In this document: positions 1-17,890 of the stretch, piece by piece
Layout of the letters: every line of letters starts with the position of its first letter
Numbering within the stretch: position 1 is the stretch's first letter
Assembly (NCBI RefSeq): GCF_009914755.1
Contig: NC_060927.1
Strand: one strand, 5' to 3'
Source: the human T2T-CHM13v2.0 reference genome, Homo sapiens
Length of the DNA stretch: 64,000 nt
Position numbers and translations under genes: made by a program
The notes under the pieces: generated by a model
Told to the model about the DNA's origin: nothing
The model's database searches: none
What the model saw: only the letters and a program-made list of their open reading frames with translations

Positions 1-1843
1 TATTCCTCTGTCACCAATCAGACTTCCGGGATTCACTTTCCTGGTGTCAAATATTCTTTTTTCAGAAAATGCATCATGAGTTTATATTAATAATTTTAAA
101 CATAATTAGTAAAGTAAATCTTCTGAAAAAAATCTAAATTATTTTAGAGCAATATTCTATTTTGAGATCAACTTTATTAATATGGGTATCAAGAGATAAA
201 TTTAGATTAAAAATATTACCATTTAATGTACATGATTAATAGATATGGTTATCCAAAGTAACTTTGATAATCAATCCAGATTTTATAGAAGACAAAGTTT
301 TCATCCGTCTCATTCAAGTTCACTTTTATACCTAAAGTTGCAAAGAGTATTCAAGTTGAAAAAAGGATATGATATCAAGAAATCTGACTGATATACACTC
401 ATCCAGAAATAAAGAGGTTATGGAAGGCTCTTTCTACAGCTATTTCTCAACTTACATACAAATAACCACTGTCAATTGTTCACTTAAAATTCCAAACTCC
501 AACCAATATTTCACAGAGATATTATAAATAAAAAAAGAAAATACTGCCACAGAGGACCTTGAGGATGATACCCCTTTATTTTTGTTTAAAAAAAAGCAAC
601 AAGGGCCCAGAGAAGTGAACTGTTACAGAAACAGTGGAAAATCTAAAATTTGAATATAGTTTTCAGTATGTCAAGACAAGGGCTATTTTAATCATGTCAC
701 TTACAATGGTGAGATTGACAAATCATTCCACAAAAGCAGCTATTTAGCCAACAATGTGGCTGAAACATTTAGCAATGAACAACAGTATTGCAGGAATCAC
801 TCTTAAAGTAATAAAAGTTATTATGTTGAAAAGAAGTTTTTTTTAAATGATGAATTTGAGGCTAGGTTAATTAAAAGACTATTGTAAGGTCCATCAACAT
901 TTGCTGGGATTACTAGCGGAAATTTATAGGCTCTTAAGAGGCTTGTGGCGCTGGCTCTTTAATGTGAATAATTTTACTACAACTTAGGACGTTCCTTTTC
1001 CATGACAGGTGTGGACTATCAACATGATTCAGACTTACAAGGCATAATTAAGGTTGTTTGTGGCCTCTCCATTAACTGCCAACACTTTATGGTTAACTTT
1101 CAGATTTGTAAATCTACCCTGAGAATACTACAAGAAACATTTTCTGTATTAGAGATGACGTAATATTCGAAGCTGCTAAATTTCATTTTCTTGACCTAGA
1201 GTATTTTATAATAAAATTCTATATCTTCCCCTCATTTTATTTGACAAAATCTCTTCAATTTTTTAAGGATGTCCTATTTAAAACTAAATTTAAGCAGCTG
1301 GGTTTACACGTAGAAATCATCCATGACCCTCAGTCTTCCTCCATTATTACCTGTTTGGTGTGACCAATTCCTGGATCTCCTGTGACCTGAGGCCTTTTCC
1401 TTTACTCTTTCTTATCTTCCTCCTCTAACCAGATTTGAGGCTGAAAGCAGGAGGATCAACCCTCCTGACACTATGCTCACGTTTCTCCTAGTAAAATAGG
1501 CAGCTCTACCTCAAGCAGGAAGTGTATTCTCAGATATAAATTTCAAGGATTATCTTACAGTTAACACAAAGAAGCTATCATTTAGGTGCTTTAAATCTTC
1601 ACGTGAATGGGAACAGTTTCCATATATAGTTACCACTGGATGAAATACATTTCATAAAGGCAATATAGAGAAGAGAGAGAAAATCTTTTATTCACTTTAA
1701 ATTTGAAAACACAAAATGATCCAGAAAGCTTTTTCAGCAGTTATAGGGTGTTATTTTTCAAAACCTATTAAAGTTAATTACTTTTTGAATATTAGAATTG
1801 TCCATGATAACTAATAAAATGGGTAAAGCAGCACTGTACATAC

Positions 1844-1999
1844 CCTGAGTAGCTGTTGGAGGTAGTTTGAGGGTATTGTCTAACTTCTCCCAAAGGTAAG
1901 TTGGTCGAGGAATGCCTTCCTCTGAGCTACAGAGCAGGATGACATCGCTGCCAATATCCTGGGATCCTTGGATTTGGCAGTGTGGGGCAGAAGGGGGAA
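1844..1999 (-). CDS. IGSF11: IGSF11 coding exon 4 (156 nt): first half of Ig-C2 domain
   Basis: Acceptor CTTATTCTTCCTGTTATAG|TTCCC, donor ACTCAGG|GTATGT. Translates (V)[51 protein letters not shown]. Phase 1-1. Confidence 0.97.
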
Positions 2000-4251
2000 C
2001 TATAACAGGAAGAATAAGCAATAAAGTACACATTTTACTGTGAGCCATGTGATGATGGAGGAGACATCAACATTCAGTACATTGGACCCTTAGATTACAC
2101 TGTTTTGGGAACATATACCAGGAGACAGACTCACCGCCTGAACCCAGGGGAGGCATGTACCAATTCACGAGGCTTAGGCACAGGAGCAGGCCTGCAGCTT
2201 TGGTAAGCAGGGTGCAAATATGTACAAAGGGGCTTCACTCTTTGATTATAGTTCCAAGGTATCTTAAGATCTTCCTTTCACTCTGCTTCCTCTAAAGAAG
2301 AATTCTTAAGATCCATTGTATCAACATGTTGCTTTTAAAAACATTGCTGAAAGAGGCCACTTTTCAAGATTTCAGGGAAAAACAACCATTATCCTGCCCT
2401 GGCGAAAACCACTTTAACAAGGCCCTTTGTTACTTTACAAACAAAAACTGGGCAGACCCACTTTATACCAAATTCTGCTTTATGGTGGAGAAAGTTAAAC
2501 TAAGGTTCAGGTAAAAGCAGAGTGGATAATAATGTAGTGAACATTTCACAATCATTAAGGCAGGACACAAAAAACATGGAACAAAAATTACCAAAAAGAA
2601 CACTAAAGGAAGAAGGTGGTGATATATAGTAACAAGGAAAAAAACAAAACAAAACCATAAACTAAGCCCATGGCTTGAAGTTTCATGCTGGGGAATACAG
2701 ATGGTAGAGTTTAAGTCTAATTTATGATTTATTTGTAATGCTAATGACTTTTCAGTAAATATGTTCACCCTTTCCAAAATGAATAAATGAATGAATGAAA
2801 AAATGAATGCAGAGTATACACAGGAATCAGGAAAAAAAAAAGTGGGTAGGGGAAGAGAGAACAATAAAAGGATATAGGTAGGAAGAGTAAAAATCTTAGA
2901 GAATCCTAACTACTGCGGTGGGGCAAACTAATCTTTGTTTGCCTTTGTCATTGCCACTGTGATGCCAGGAAGAGAAACCCAAAATAATTCTTTGGAGGTA
3001 GCATTAATTATAAAATAAATTAAGGGCTTTTTATCTTCTTTTTAAAAATGATGCTGAGAAGTTAAGTCTGGACAAACAAAAAAGAAATAAGGTTGGATAA
3101 TATGGGAAGCCAGTCACCTAACTTACAGGTCTAAGTATCAGAATATTTAATTCCATTAGTACACTATACTCGGTACTCAGAGTATTTTATAATCTATACA
3201 ATTTTTAATATAATACAATGAATATGGTTTTGAGAATAGAAATCCCCGACTTGGTCATCAGTTTTTTTATTCTGTTTGAAGGCTGGGAGAAAAAGGCACC
3301 AAAGGCCGAGGGAAAATGACAAGAATTCCCAACACCTGTATTCTTAAGTGACTCAACAACAACGAAGGAAAAAGAAAGCGGGGGTGGAGTTTGACAAGGA
3401 CTGCGGGAGTAGATTCTGAGACTTGAGTAGGATGGAGGAGAATCAAGAACATCAACCTTCTCAAAACGTCTTCCATCTCCCCAGATGAACTGAGTTTAGC
3501 CACCTCTACCACAAGTATTCATTTAGAAAGCAGTATTTTATATTAGAGACAGAAGAATTGAAAAATAAAACATGCTTATAATGGATATTAGTGTGAGACA
3601 GTCTAACAACATGGTGTAATGGAAAGAGTGCTGGTTTGAGTAAGGAGATCTAAATTTTAATCTAAACGTTGTTGTTTATTTTCTATGCAATCTGGGGAAA
3701 AAAAACCTAAATCTATTTGGTCTCAGTATTAAGGTGATAATATGATTTATTCTTCAAACAAGGATACTTGGGGGAGTAAAAGGAGGTATTATTACAATTA
3801 TGCCAGGACAACACGTGCAAGCCAAGAACTGTGGTGATCCTACTCGGTGTTACACAGATATGAAGTAATAGTATTATTCTCACACATGCTAAAACTTCTG
3901 CTCTGTACTAAAATAAGTCATTCTTGATTTAATTTGCTCTCAACAATAAGTTCTGTACTGTAGAAGCTTAAGAAAAGTGAGAGACCACTTCTGATGGTAT
4001 TTGATACCATCTTTCTTCACCTTCAGAAGAAAGTCATTAAATAAGTAAGTTTTAGAGACCGCCGGAAATGAAGAAAGGAGGGGGAGACTATCTGTAAGAA
4101 GCATGGAGAAGGAGAGAAGAGATGGAACTGAGAGAAGACAGAAAAAGAACATAAGCAGACTGAAGGTGTAGAAACAAGGGCAGAAGCAAGTATGCTTGAG
4201 AGTAGCTTCGTGAGTAAAGCCCGAACAGCCAAGGACTCTTGTGTCACTCAC

Positions 4252-4459
4252 CTAACACTGTGAGACCGGTGACCCCAATGTTCCTGCCCCCTATGTCTGG
4301 AAGGTTGTTGACCAGGCACTGGTAGGTGCCAGTGTCTGATAACTGAGTGTTATTAATGAAGATAGAGACATTGGTAGCTGGCATGGTGCCTGTAAATCCT
4401 ACCCTACCGTGGAACCGGGGGGCACCATCAAACATCTGTCCACCCTGATACAGGATGAC
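4252..4459 (-). CDS. IGSF11: IGSF11 coding exon 3 (208 nt): C-terminal half of Ig-V domain
   Basis: Acceptor TTTCTTTTCCAG|GTCATC, donor GTGTTAG|GTGAGT. Translates [20 protein letters not shown]...[11 protein letters not shown]...GLTVL with the Ig-V DxGxYxC motif, in frame with exon 2. Confidence 0.97.
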
Positions 4460-5854
4460 CTGGAAAAGAAAGCAAAATAAATAAACTGGCCACTCTATCC
4501 TCTCCTAGACACAAAACAATAACTATTTGGTAGACAGTACCAAATGCTGCACCAAACATTGGAAAATTTTATTTCTAATATGATAATTATCATCAACTTT
4601 TTTTTTACAGTATTTGTTCATAGGTATCTTGGGGTTTTAAATTCTCACATAACAAATTAGAATAATATTTTTTCCTTACCTAACACATCAGAACATAAAA
4701 AAAGTCTTTGCTGCTGCCCACCCTACTATCAGTTCATAAATATTCTTACCAGTTCAAAAAACTGATTCCAAAACAAAAATTAAAAAATATTAGCACTGCC
4801 ATTCTCATGCTTATTAGGTCACACAATGATAGATCATAGGTACAGACTGAATGTAAATAAATGTCACAGAAGGGAAGTAGAGTTACAAGTCCATGATTAC
4901 TGTTCTTATGTCAGCCTCTACTATCAAAGTTAAGTCTTCATGGAAGACTTAGAATGACATAACAAAAAGCCCTTTGGGCTGCGAGTGAGGGACTCAGTTC
5001 TATTCAAGCTCTACCTGTAAATGTGTTTAGTAACTCTACTCAAGCTCTTTACTTAAACTCCATCCTTGATTCCTAAAATAATAAGGTTGAACAAAATGAT
5101 CTTGAAGGCGGAGTCTAACTACAAAAATTCTATGAAGAAACAAAAGAAGCTTCTATTTAATTTCATATCAGAAAATTTAGCTTATCAAATATTTTGAGGT
5201 AATAATAATCTTACTGAAGGAGAAAAGCTCCATTAACATTGTAAATAAAGGTGTAATCATTATCACAATTCATTAACTTCCTGAGCATTATTTTCTGCAG
5301 TGAGTTCTACAAATTATGTGTCTTTTTCCTGTAATTGATACAGCTTACTGGGGAGTAGCTTCCATTTTCATGTACATTCTTTCACGTACACATTCTATTA
5401 ATAATTTATATGAGACTCTTTGAGCTCACTAACATGGCTAGTCATGTTTTACTTTAAAATACTAGTGAAATTAACTTAAAAAAAATCAAGTACTACAACC
5501 TAATGTTACTTCCTTACTATTATCACTATCTTTTAAAAGTATGCTCTCAACAATCTGTGATGGTGCCAGTCCCTTCTGGTCAAAATTGCCTATTAGCAAT
5601 GTTGTTGATAAAATTACAGGTTCCTACATAAACCTCTCAGAAGGATATTCTTAACATCTGTTACCTTTTTAAAAAGAGGATAGCCTCTTCTGATAAGTGA
5701 CTGATAGGGCAGAGGAGTAGGCCTTAAAAGAGTACACGCACATTGACAATGCCACCTTATTCTCGAAACCAAAGATGTACTCATGATGCTTCCCTACCAA
5801 CCTCCTCTGAAAAGATTAACCTTTTAGAGGTAGCACAGGATGCAACAGAAATAC

Positions 5855-6018
5855 CTGTTCAGGTTGGTTGGCATTGGAGAGAGGAGTGACCATCCAAATG
5901 ACATTGAGGTTAATGAGGGCAGCGCTGGTAGTGAAAGTGCAGGGCAGGACTGCTGTCTGACCCCGGGCCACCTGGATACTCCCAGGGCTCTCTGACACTT
6001 CCAGGGATGCTGCAACAC
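5855..6018 (-). CDS. IGSF11: IGSF11 coding exon 2 (164 nt): end of signal peptide and N-terminal half of Ig-V domain
   Basis: Acceptor TTCTTCTGTAG|GTGTTG, donor GAACAG|GTATTT. Translates (G)[54 protein letters not shown], recognised as IGSF11. Phase 1 in, phase 0 out. Confidence 0.97.
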
Positions 6019-6349
6019 CTACAGAAGAAGGAACAGGGAGGTTATATGCTCGCCCTTTCCCAACAGTCCAAACTCCTTCAGGAAGGTTTGCGTGTTTTAT
6101 GTTATCACATTATTATTGATTATGTGAACAGACTGACATGATAGTCTTAACAACTGCTGACCAGTCACTGAGTCAAAATAATAAAAATGGTTCATCCCTT
6201 TACCTCCTGAAAACTACAATAGAAAAATATTAGAAGCTCTTTACTATCTTTTGGAAGATGCTATCTGATATGTGGCCAGATTCAAATACGACACAGATGA
6301 ATTCAACTGATGGGGTTTGATGAAAGATTAAAAATAAACTGAATTTTCA

Positions 6350-7850
<1,501 letters not shown>

Positions 7851-9214
7851 TTCTAAAAAAGAAAACTGATTCACCAGAGCCAACTCATGGGAAGTCAAAA
7901 TAACTGTTTTCTCTTCTGCAAAGGCTCCTCCCTGGGATGATGAAACAGTATGGAAATAACAGTAGATCAAAATAGGCCATGGAGACCCTACAAAGAAGTT
8001 ATTTTAGATCATGAAAAATACATTCAGTCTATGACAGTATCTCAAACTGTTTTACTTTGAAGTGATAGTATCTCAATTCTCTCAAAAAAGTAACAGAATA
8101 ACATACTGTTATGATTACAATTAGTTTAAAAAATAAACATGCATAACACCTTCCCTGTACAGAACGTCATGTTCTTCACGTATAGTCTGATGATGTTCTC
8201 AGGAGTTAAATTTGCAGAATAAAATGTTTCATAAACTGTCTGTGATAGAACATAAAGCATTTGATGACATCAGGAAAAGTTTCTAAGATAAATAACATTA
8301 GGGGAAGTCTCTAAATTTTAAAAAAGAAGTTGAAAGAACCTCAACAATTAGTGACAGAAAGGGAAGGTTACTTGATCATGGAGCAGGCAATGAACAGAAT
8401 GAGCTACCTCATAAGGTAGAAATGGGTTAGAGAATGTATTTGTTATAGTGATATGATAAATTTAAAATAAATGCTGATAGAGATGTTTTTAAGAATAAGT
8501 GTGGAAGCCAAACTGGTGCCGAACCTCCATCACTGCCTTCTTGAGACAATACTTCAAGGAAGAGGTAAAGGAAATATAATGCCAACTTAAACTACACGGG
8601 ATTGTAAGTACCCTCCACCAGCAATTCACTAATTTCAAGCTTAACTCAAACAATCTTTGATACAAATTTTTTAAAATGACCAATATGAACTAAGAATGAA
8701 AGAGAAAGAGAAAGCAACCGCAACAGGGTGAGCAGAGGACAAGGAGCTGTGTGGGACAGGGCTGGAAGCCAGGAAGGCAACAGGACGGTTGGCACAGAGC
8801 AAGCCTCTGGGGCAGCAGAAGTTGTGAAAGGCCAACTTCACTTACTTCATGTTTTTACATAAGGTCAATCCTAAAATCTCACATTCTGAAATATCTGAAG
8901 AAGAAATATTCTAGATGAGCTGCTTTCAGAACTTGCAAAGGTGTAGGTTTGAAACTGTACAAATCGGGTTTAAAATGTGGTACTTTCATCTATTTAGCTG
9001 CATGTCCCCAAACAAGTAACTTAATCTCTGAGTCTGTTGCTTCATCTGTAAAACAGAGCTAAATATTATCATCACATCATACAAGGGGTATGATGAGGGC
9101 AGTACCAGACGCTGAGGATGACTACCACCACCACTACTATTGCTAGCTAATATTTAGGTCACACTGACTACACCAAGTCCACATTAAGCTCTCTCTACAT
9201 ATAACATGTATTTT

Positions 9215-9252
<38 letters not shown>

Positions 9253-9260
9253 TATGTATA
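9215..9260. repeat. (TA)n(CA)n compound microsatellite within a MIR remnant
   Basis: Read directly from the sequence. Flanks show MIR-like motifs (CTCATTTAATCC, CATTTTACAGA). Confidence 0.85.
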
Positions 9261-9579
9261 CACAAACTCATTTAATCCTATAAGGTACTTACTGACATTA
9301 TTTTCATTTTACAGAAGAATAGAAAAACAGAGAATTAAAAATACAGCTCAAGGTCGCACAGTCGCAAAGCTAGGAAGTGGTAAGGTCTGGCTTCAAACCC
9401 AGGCGGTTAGTCTATAAGGAACACACACTTACTACTACACATAACTCAACACACAGAAATCATTCCATATGTGTTTGCTGTTATTATTATCACTACAATA
9501 TTATATGATGACAAACTTTAAAACTAGAATGGACTTTTACGTAAAGGAGTTAGAAACTCCTTCTACTTCCTGCTTCTCA

Positions 9580-10850
9580 ATCTGCGAATCAGTTTCAGTC
9601 CGCCTCACCCTCATCTCCCTCTCTCCTGTCAGTTTAGAGGAGTTTATCTAGGACCAACCCTGTACGTGAGCTTCAAATACCATCTGCTTGGCCCCCTTAG
9701 TGACCTTATCATAGACTTCCCCCTCCCATAACTTCAACCCCTTTCTCTGCACTGGAGACTTCCTGATAGCATTTAAACATCCTCAAGTATTTAAACTGAA
9801 AACAAAATTCCTACTTCCCTACACCCCACAGTCCTCACCAGGGAGGCCCTAGCTCTCTGATACTTCACGTTAATCTTTTTGAAAGCACTCTCTATAGTCT
9901 CTCCACAGAATCTATTCCTGCTCCATAGTCTTCAATCTACTTCTGCCCCAATCATTTCTTAAAAACAATTTTCCCTAGGCTTCCCAGATACCTCCTTGTG
10001 GCTGTATGACACTTGTAATCATTCTTGGACTCTGGTAAACATCTGACAGAGATGACCCTTCCCTCTTCCTTAAAACACACCTTTCCCTTAGCTTCAGTGA
10101 TGTTAATATAATTCACTTCTGGTTTTCCTCCCAACTCTCTGGACACTTCTCACTTCCTCTTGCTGTTTTACCCTTTTCCACATGGATACTGAATGTTGGT
10201 ATTTCTGAAAGTACTGCCTTGATGCCTTATTCTAAACTATCTCCCTACAGAATTTCACTTACCATCATGAATTCAATTCTCATATAAATGCTAATGGCTT
10301 TCAAATTTATATCTCTACTCAAAACCTCTCCTCTTATATCCAATTGCCTCCTAGACTTCACCATGTGGCTACCTCAAAGGCACCTCAAAAGTGTGCTTGT
10401 CCAAGATCAAACTATTCCTTTGCATGCCCAACTCCCAAATATACTCTGGCTCCTTCCTGATGTTCCCTATGGTTGTGAATGGCTCGAACAGGGCCAAGCT
10501 GGGCAAGCCAGACATTTAGAGACCTTCAAGTCAACTCTGTCATCATCTCCCAAACCCAATCCATGATCAAATCTGGCACATTTTACCAACTAAATTTCTC
10601 TTGACTCCTGGAATCTGAGTCTTTGCTCTGTTTTCTGTCTTTCCTCTGTCTGGTTTGCTTTGTTCCAAACCTCAACTTCTTTACTTAGTAACCTACTCAT
10701 AAACCCCAGCTTCTTTACTTAGTAACCTACTCATCATTTACAATAGCTCAAGTGATACCTTCTCACAAGAAAAGCCCTGACCTCTCAGTCTAGGTCAGAG
10801 TCTCACAAAGTAGTGTCAGAACACCACCAAGCTTTTAATCATACCTTGCG
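9580..10850 (+). mobile_element. L2 fragment (degenerate)
   Basis: Pyrimidine-rich L2-like text (TTCTGGTTTTCCTCCCAACTCTCTGG; TCCAATTGCCTCCTAGAC...CAAAGGCACCTCAAA). Boundaries approximate. Confidence 0.6.
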
Positions 10851-10963
10851 ATTATATAACAAATCCTCATTAGTATACTGTATGGTCTAAGAAAGCACAC
10901 CATGGGAACTCAATACATACATGTTGCTAAATTGATCTAATCCAATTACTTCAATTTCCACAT

Positions 10964-11210
10964 GAAATATCAGGGTGTATATACATATATACATGTATAT
11001 ATATATAAATATATACACACACCCTGAGGAAATATCAGGGTGTATATACATATATATATATATATGTATATACACCCTGAGATATATATATATATACATG
11101 TATATACACCCTGAGATATATACACACACACACACACACACATACACACACACATATACATACGTATATACATATACGTATGTATATGTGTGTGTGTACA
11201 TATATATATC
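10964..11210. repeat. Complex TA/CA-rich repeat with CAGGGTG/CACCCTG palindromic units
   Basis: GAAATATCAGGGTGTATATACA x2 and CACCCTGAG x3, followed by (CA)n/(TA)n/(TG)n. Confidence 0.9.
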
Positions 11211-11970
11211 AGATGCCAAAAGAGACTTTTAAGACAAACTGCCCTGAAGAATTTGCACAAGGAAGATGGCTGAAAATTGGTTATATAACTTTGAGGACTA
11301 CACAAAGGGAATAAATGAGTCAGGGGTGAAAGTCTGTAAAGAGGCTTTGTGGAGAGAACTTTTAAATTAGGGCTGCGGTACACTAAAAGACTCACTCGCT
11401 CTATTCCCACCTTGGAGGTGAACACACATGAAAGCTGGTGCAGGGTCTTCTTAGGCCTAACAAGAGGGCTCGCTGATGGGACCTCAGTAGAGGAAAGTTG
11501 AAGCCGGATATCTAGACTCCTAGAGGGTATCTCACTGGCCATCAGGGAGTCATACTTATAATTCTGTATATAAATTAAGATTTTCTTATTCTGTTTCATT
11601 TTTTAAATTCAAAGTGATCAGAAAAGTTGTATAACCTGCTTTAGTTCTCATCTAGGGAAAGAACTGACTCATGAATGAATTTAAAGGTATGCAGAAGACG
11701 AAATTAAGTTACTCTGTGAATGTGTCTCATGGTTCCTCTTTAGTATATTGATAGAACTATGTGTAATAAAAAGTTTCTTAGAGTAATAAAAAGTTTCTTA
11801 GAGTAAGAAGGAGGGAAATGGGTGTTTTTTTGCATTTTTGATGCTAAAATTTTTTCTATCCTATTAAAAAAACCAAAAACTCTATTTCCTCTTAAAGGAT
11901 ATTTCCATGTTTGAAATTCTAGGCAAGAATTTAAACTTGAATGCTAAATATTAGGTTAAAAATCCACTTA

Positions 11971-12269
11971 GGCTGGGTGCAGTGGCTCACACTTGTAATC
12001 CCAGCACTTTGGGAGGCTGAGGCAGGCAGATCACTTGAGGTCGGGAGTTCGAGACCAGCCTGGCCAACATGGTGAAACTCCATCTCTACCAAAAATACAA
12101 AAATTAGCCAGGCGTGGTGGCAGGTGCCTGTAGTCCCAGCTACTTGGGAGGCTGAGGCAGGAGAGTCGCTTTAACCTGGGAGGTAGAAGTTGCAGTGAGC
12201 CAAGATTGCACTACTGCAATCCAACCTGGGCGACAAAGTGAGATTTCATCTCAAAAAAAAAAAAAAAAA
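11971..12269 (+). mobile_element. AluS (Sx/Sz-like)
   Basis: Full dimer GGCTGGGTGCAGTGG...CATCTC plus poly-A. Confidence 0.93.
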
Positions 12270-13752
12270 TTTAAAACATCTTACAATTTGCAATATTTAC
12301 ATGTAAAATGCATAATTTAAGAGCCAAAGTGACAGCATTTTGCACTTGAATCTTTTCTTTGTACTTTCACTTCAGTCAACTCCATGAATTCTGAATGACT
12401 CTCAGCAATTACATAAAAAGGATATAAAGTGCATGGTCATATTTCCTCTGAGGAGTTAAAGTCATAAATACAGTTGTCTATAATCTTTCTTTAGACTCCT
12501 GTTTCCCAAGATTTAAAGCAGAAAGGCATTCACATTATTTCAAACCTCTTGGTACATGTTAGGGGAAATGAAGCTGGCAACAAAGAATCTTTAAAAATCC
12601 TAGGAGGTACCATCCACACTACACAGCCAAGAGAACAGACAATGTACATTTTACTGTGATCTGCCTACTACTAGAGTCAAATGACATGAAATCCCCCCTG
12701 CAAACTCATCAGAGATTGAACGTTGGATGTTCACAATGGGGACTGGCCCAAGCAATCCAATGGAGATTTCACAACAGTGTTCTCTGATGACTATGAAGCA
12801 AGTGCTCATGTTTCAGGATTAGCCCAACTGCCAGAACACTTCCCTCTGGGAATATAATCAGCAAAGCATCAAAAAGACCTTTATGGCACTTTGGGAGGCC
12901 TATGTTATCCTTCTGCCTAAAATGTCAATATCAGTGGTCACAAAATGCTTATTAGTTTATATCATCCCATATGATCTCACAAGTATTTCTCACATAAATA
13001 CATGTAATACAAATTTATATAACCTATCAAATTAAGTTTTATAGTTTATCAGACTGACATGAGTTCAAAAAATAAAAATTGTACACTATCCTCCTTGTTT
13101 TCTGAAGGAAACTAAGGAATACCACAATCCTCTAGTGTTGTAGTAGTTTTTTAAACAAATCATTCTCCCTTCATATTTTAACCAAATTTTAATTAGATGA
13201 AATAATCTACCTTTATACTTACCATATAATCTTTTTACAAACTGCCATCTCAACTAAAAAAAAAAGTTTGTGTTAGCTGAAATTCAATTATATTTTGGCC
13301 ATCTACTCAGTGCTAAGTGAAATGAAGAGTAATAGCTGACTAATTTATCAATATAGATGGCTCTATTACATATTGGTCATCTACATTAATCAATTTACAG
13401 GATCACTGCCAAGCTTCTACTTCATTTTATGCCATATCACAATATATTTTATGGTTGGTGTACAACGGCAAGCTACCATAAAATTATATATCTTCATTTT
13501 CTGGCTGAAGCATTAAACATTCATTACACAGTCTATGTAACATGTAATAGTCTGGCTGTAATATGTAATTGTATTCTATTTCTATGGTACTACAGTTTCC
13601 CTTTAGATATAATTTCAGTGCTTTCTCATTGACTTCTCCCCTTCAACCACAAACATTGCTCAGAGACCATCCCAAGGGCAAAGAGCATGCCTTATACTGA
13701 ACTAATGCACACTCTTTAGATTATCACTCCTCTTTGTCACTTTCCAAAAGAT

Positions 13753-13753
13753 A

Positions 13754-13808
<55 letters not shown>

Positions 13809-13850
13809 ACATATGCATATGTGTATATACATATGTGTGTGTATACATGC
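13753..13850. repeat. (TC)n(TA)n(TG)n compound microsatellite
   Basis: Read directly from the sequence. Confidence 0.85.
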
Positions 13851-14559
13851 TTACTTGATTCCTACATGTCATGGCATATATATTACGTGGGTAGCATTAA
13901 CTCAGCAGTATCTCCAAAAACTTGGTGTGAACTTTATCAGAATTCTCTTCAGCAAGTTTCCTATTATCACTTCCTCCTGATTTCATATCTGGCTATCAGC
14001 TTACGTATTCTACTCCATTTAGGAATCCCCTTTTGGGGGGCATTTAGTAACACCAGGCCTGCATTTCGCATGGCCATTGATTAGTGCTGCCCCTTTAGAC
14101 AAAGCAGGAGCTTTCCACACTGCCAGGATCCCCACCCACTTCCTGTTATTCCACGATATAACCCACTTTACTCCATCATGTTACCTGTCTGACTCCTGTG
14201 GGCATTTATGTTTGCAACCCCTTATTTAAAACTAAGCAAGTAATGTGATTATAATTAGCCATAAAGAACCAAGGCACAAAAGCAGAACCAGGCTTTGCAG
14301 TGTTATGATGGACATGCTACTATGATTGCTACCACACTCAAAACTGACTTCAGAGAAAGGAGAAAGAAGCAATTCCTTGAACATGAGTCACTATGGTTTA
14401 TGACATAGGATCTTATTTACATCCTGGCTACAAGTGATTGTACCAGAAATCAGCATTTCACCAAGGAGAGGCTGGACACCTAATTATGAGGTAACTTATA
14501 AGATAATATAGTTTGGGAAAGCAAAGAGTTTGGGAAAGCAGTAGCATGTGAAGAAAGAA

Positions 14560-17890
<3,331 letters not shown>

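Noticed and set aside
1758-2048. 96-aa ORF as a stand-alone gene
   Set aside because: It is IGSF11 exon 4 plus intronic read-through on both sides.
3267-4251. Leu/Ser/Phe-rich ORFs in introns near exon 3
   Set aside because: Reflect pyrimidine-rich minus-strand composition. No coherent exon signals.
10676-10734. Repeat-spacer-repeat pattern as CRISPR-like
   Set aside because: Only two copies with a 9-nt spacer, in eukaryotic DNA with no cas genes.
10887-11599. Longest ORF (209 aa) and overlapping ORFs
   Set aside because: Kept open by TA/CA dinucleotide repeats (YIYI, CVCV). No domain or splice support.
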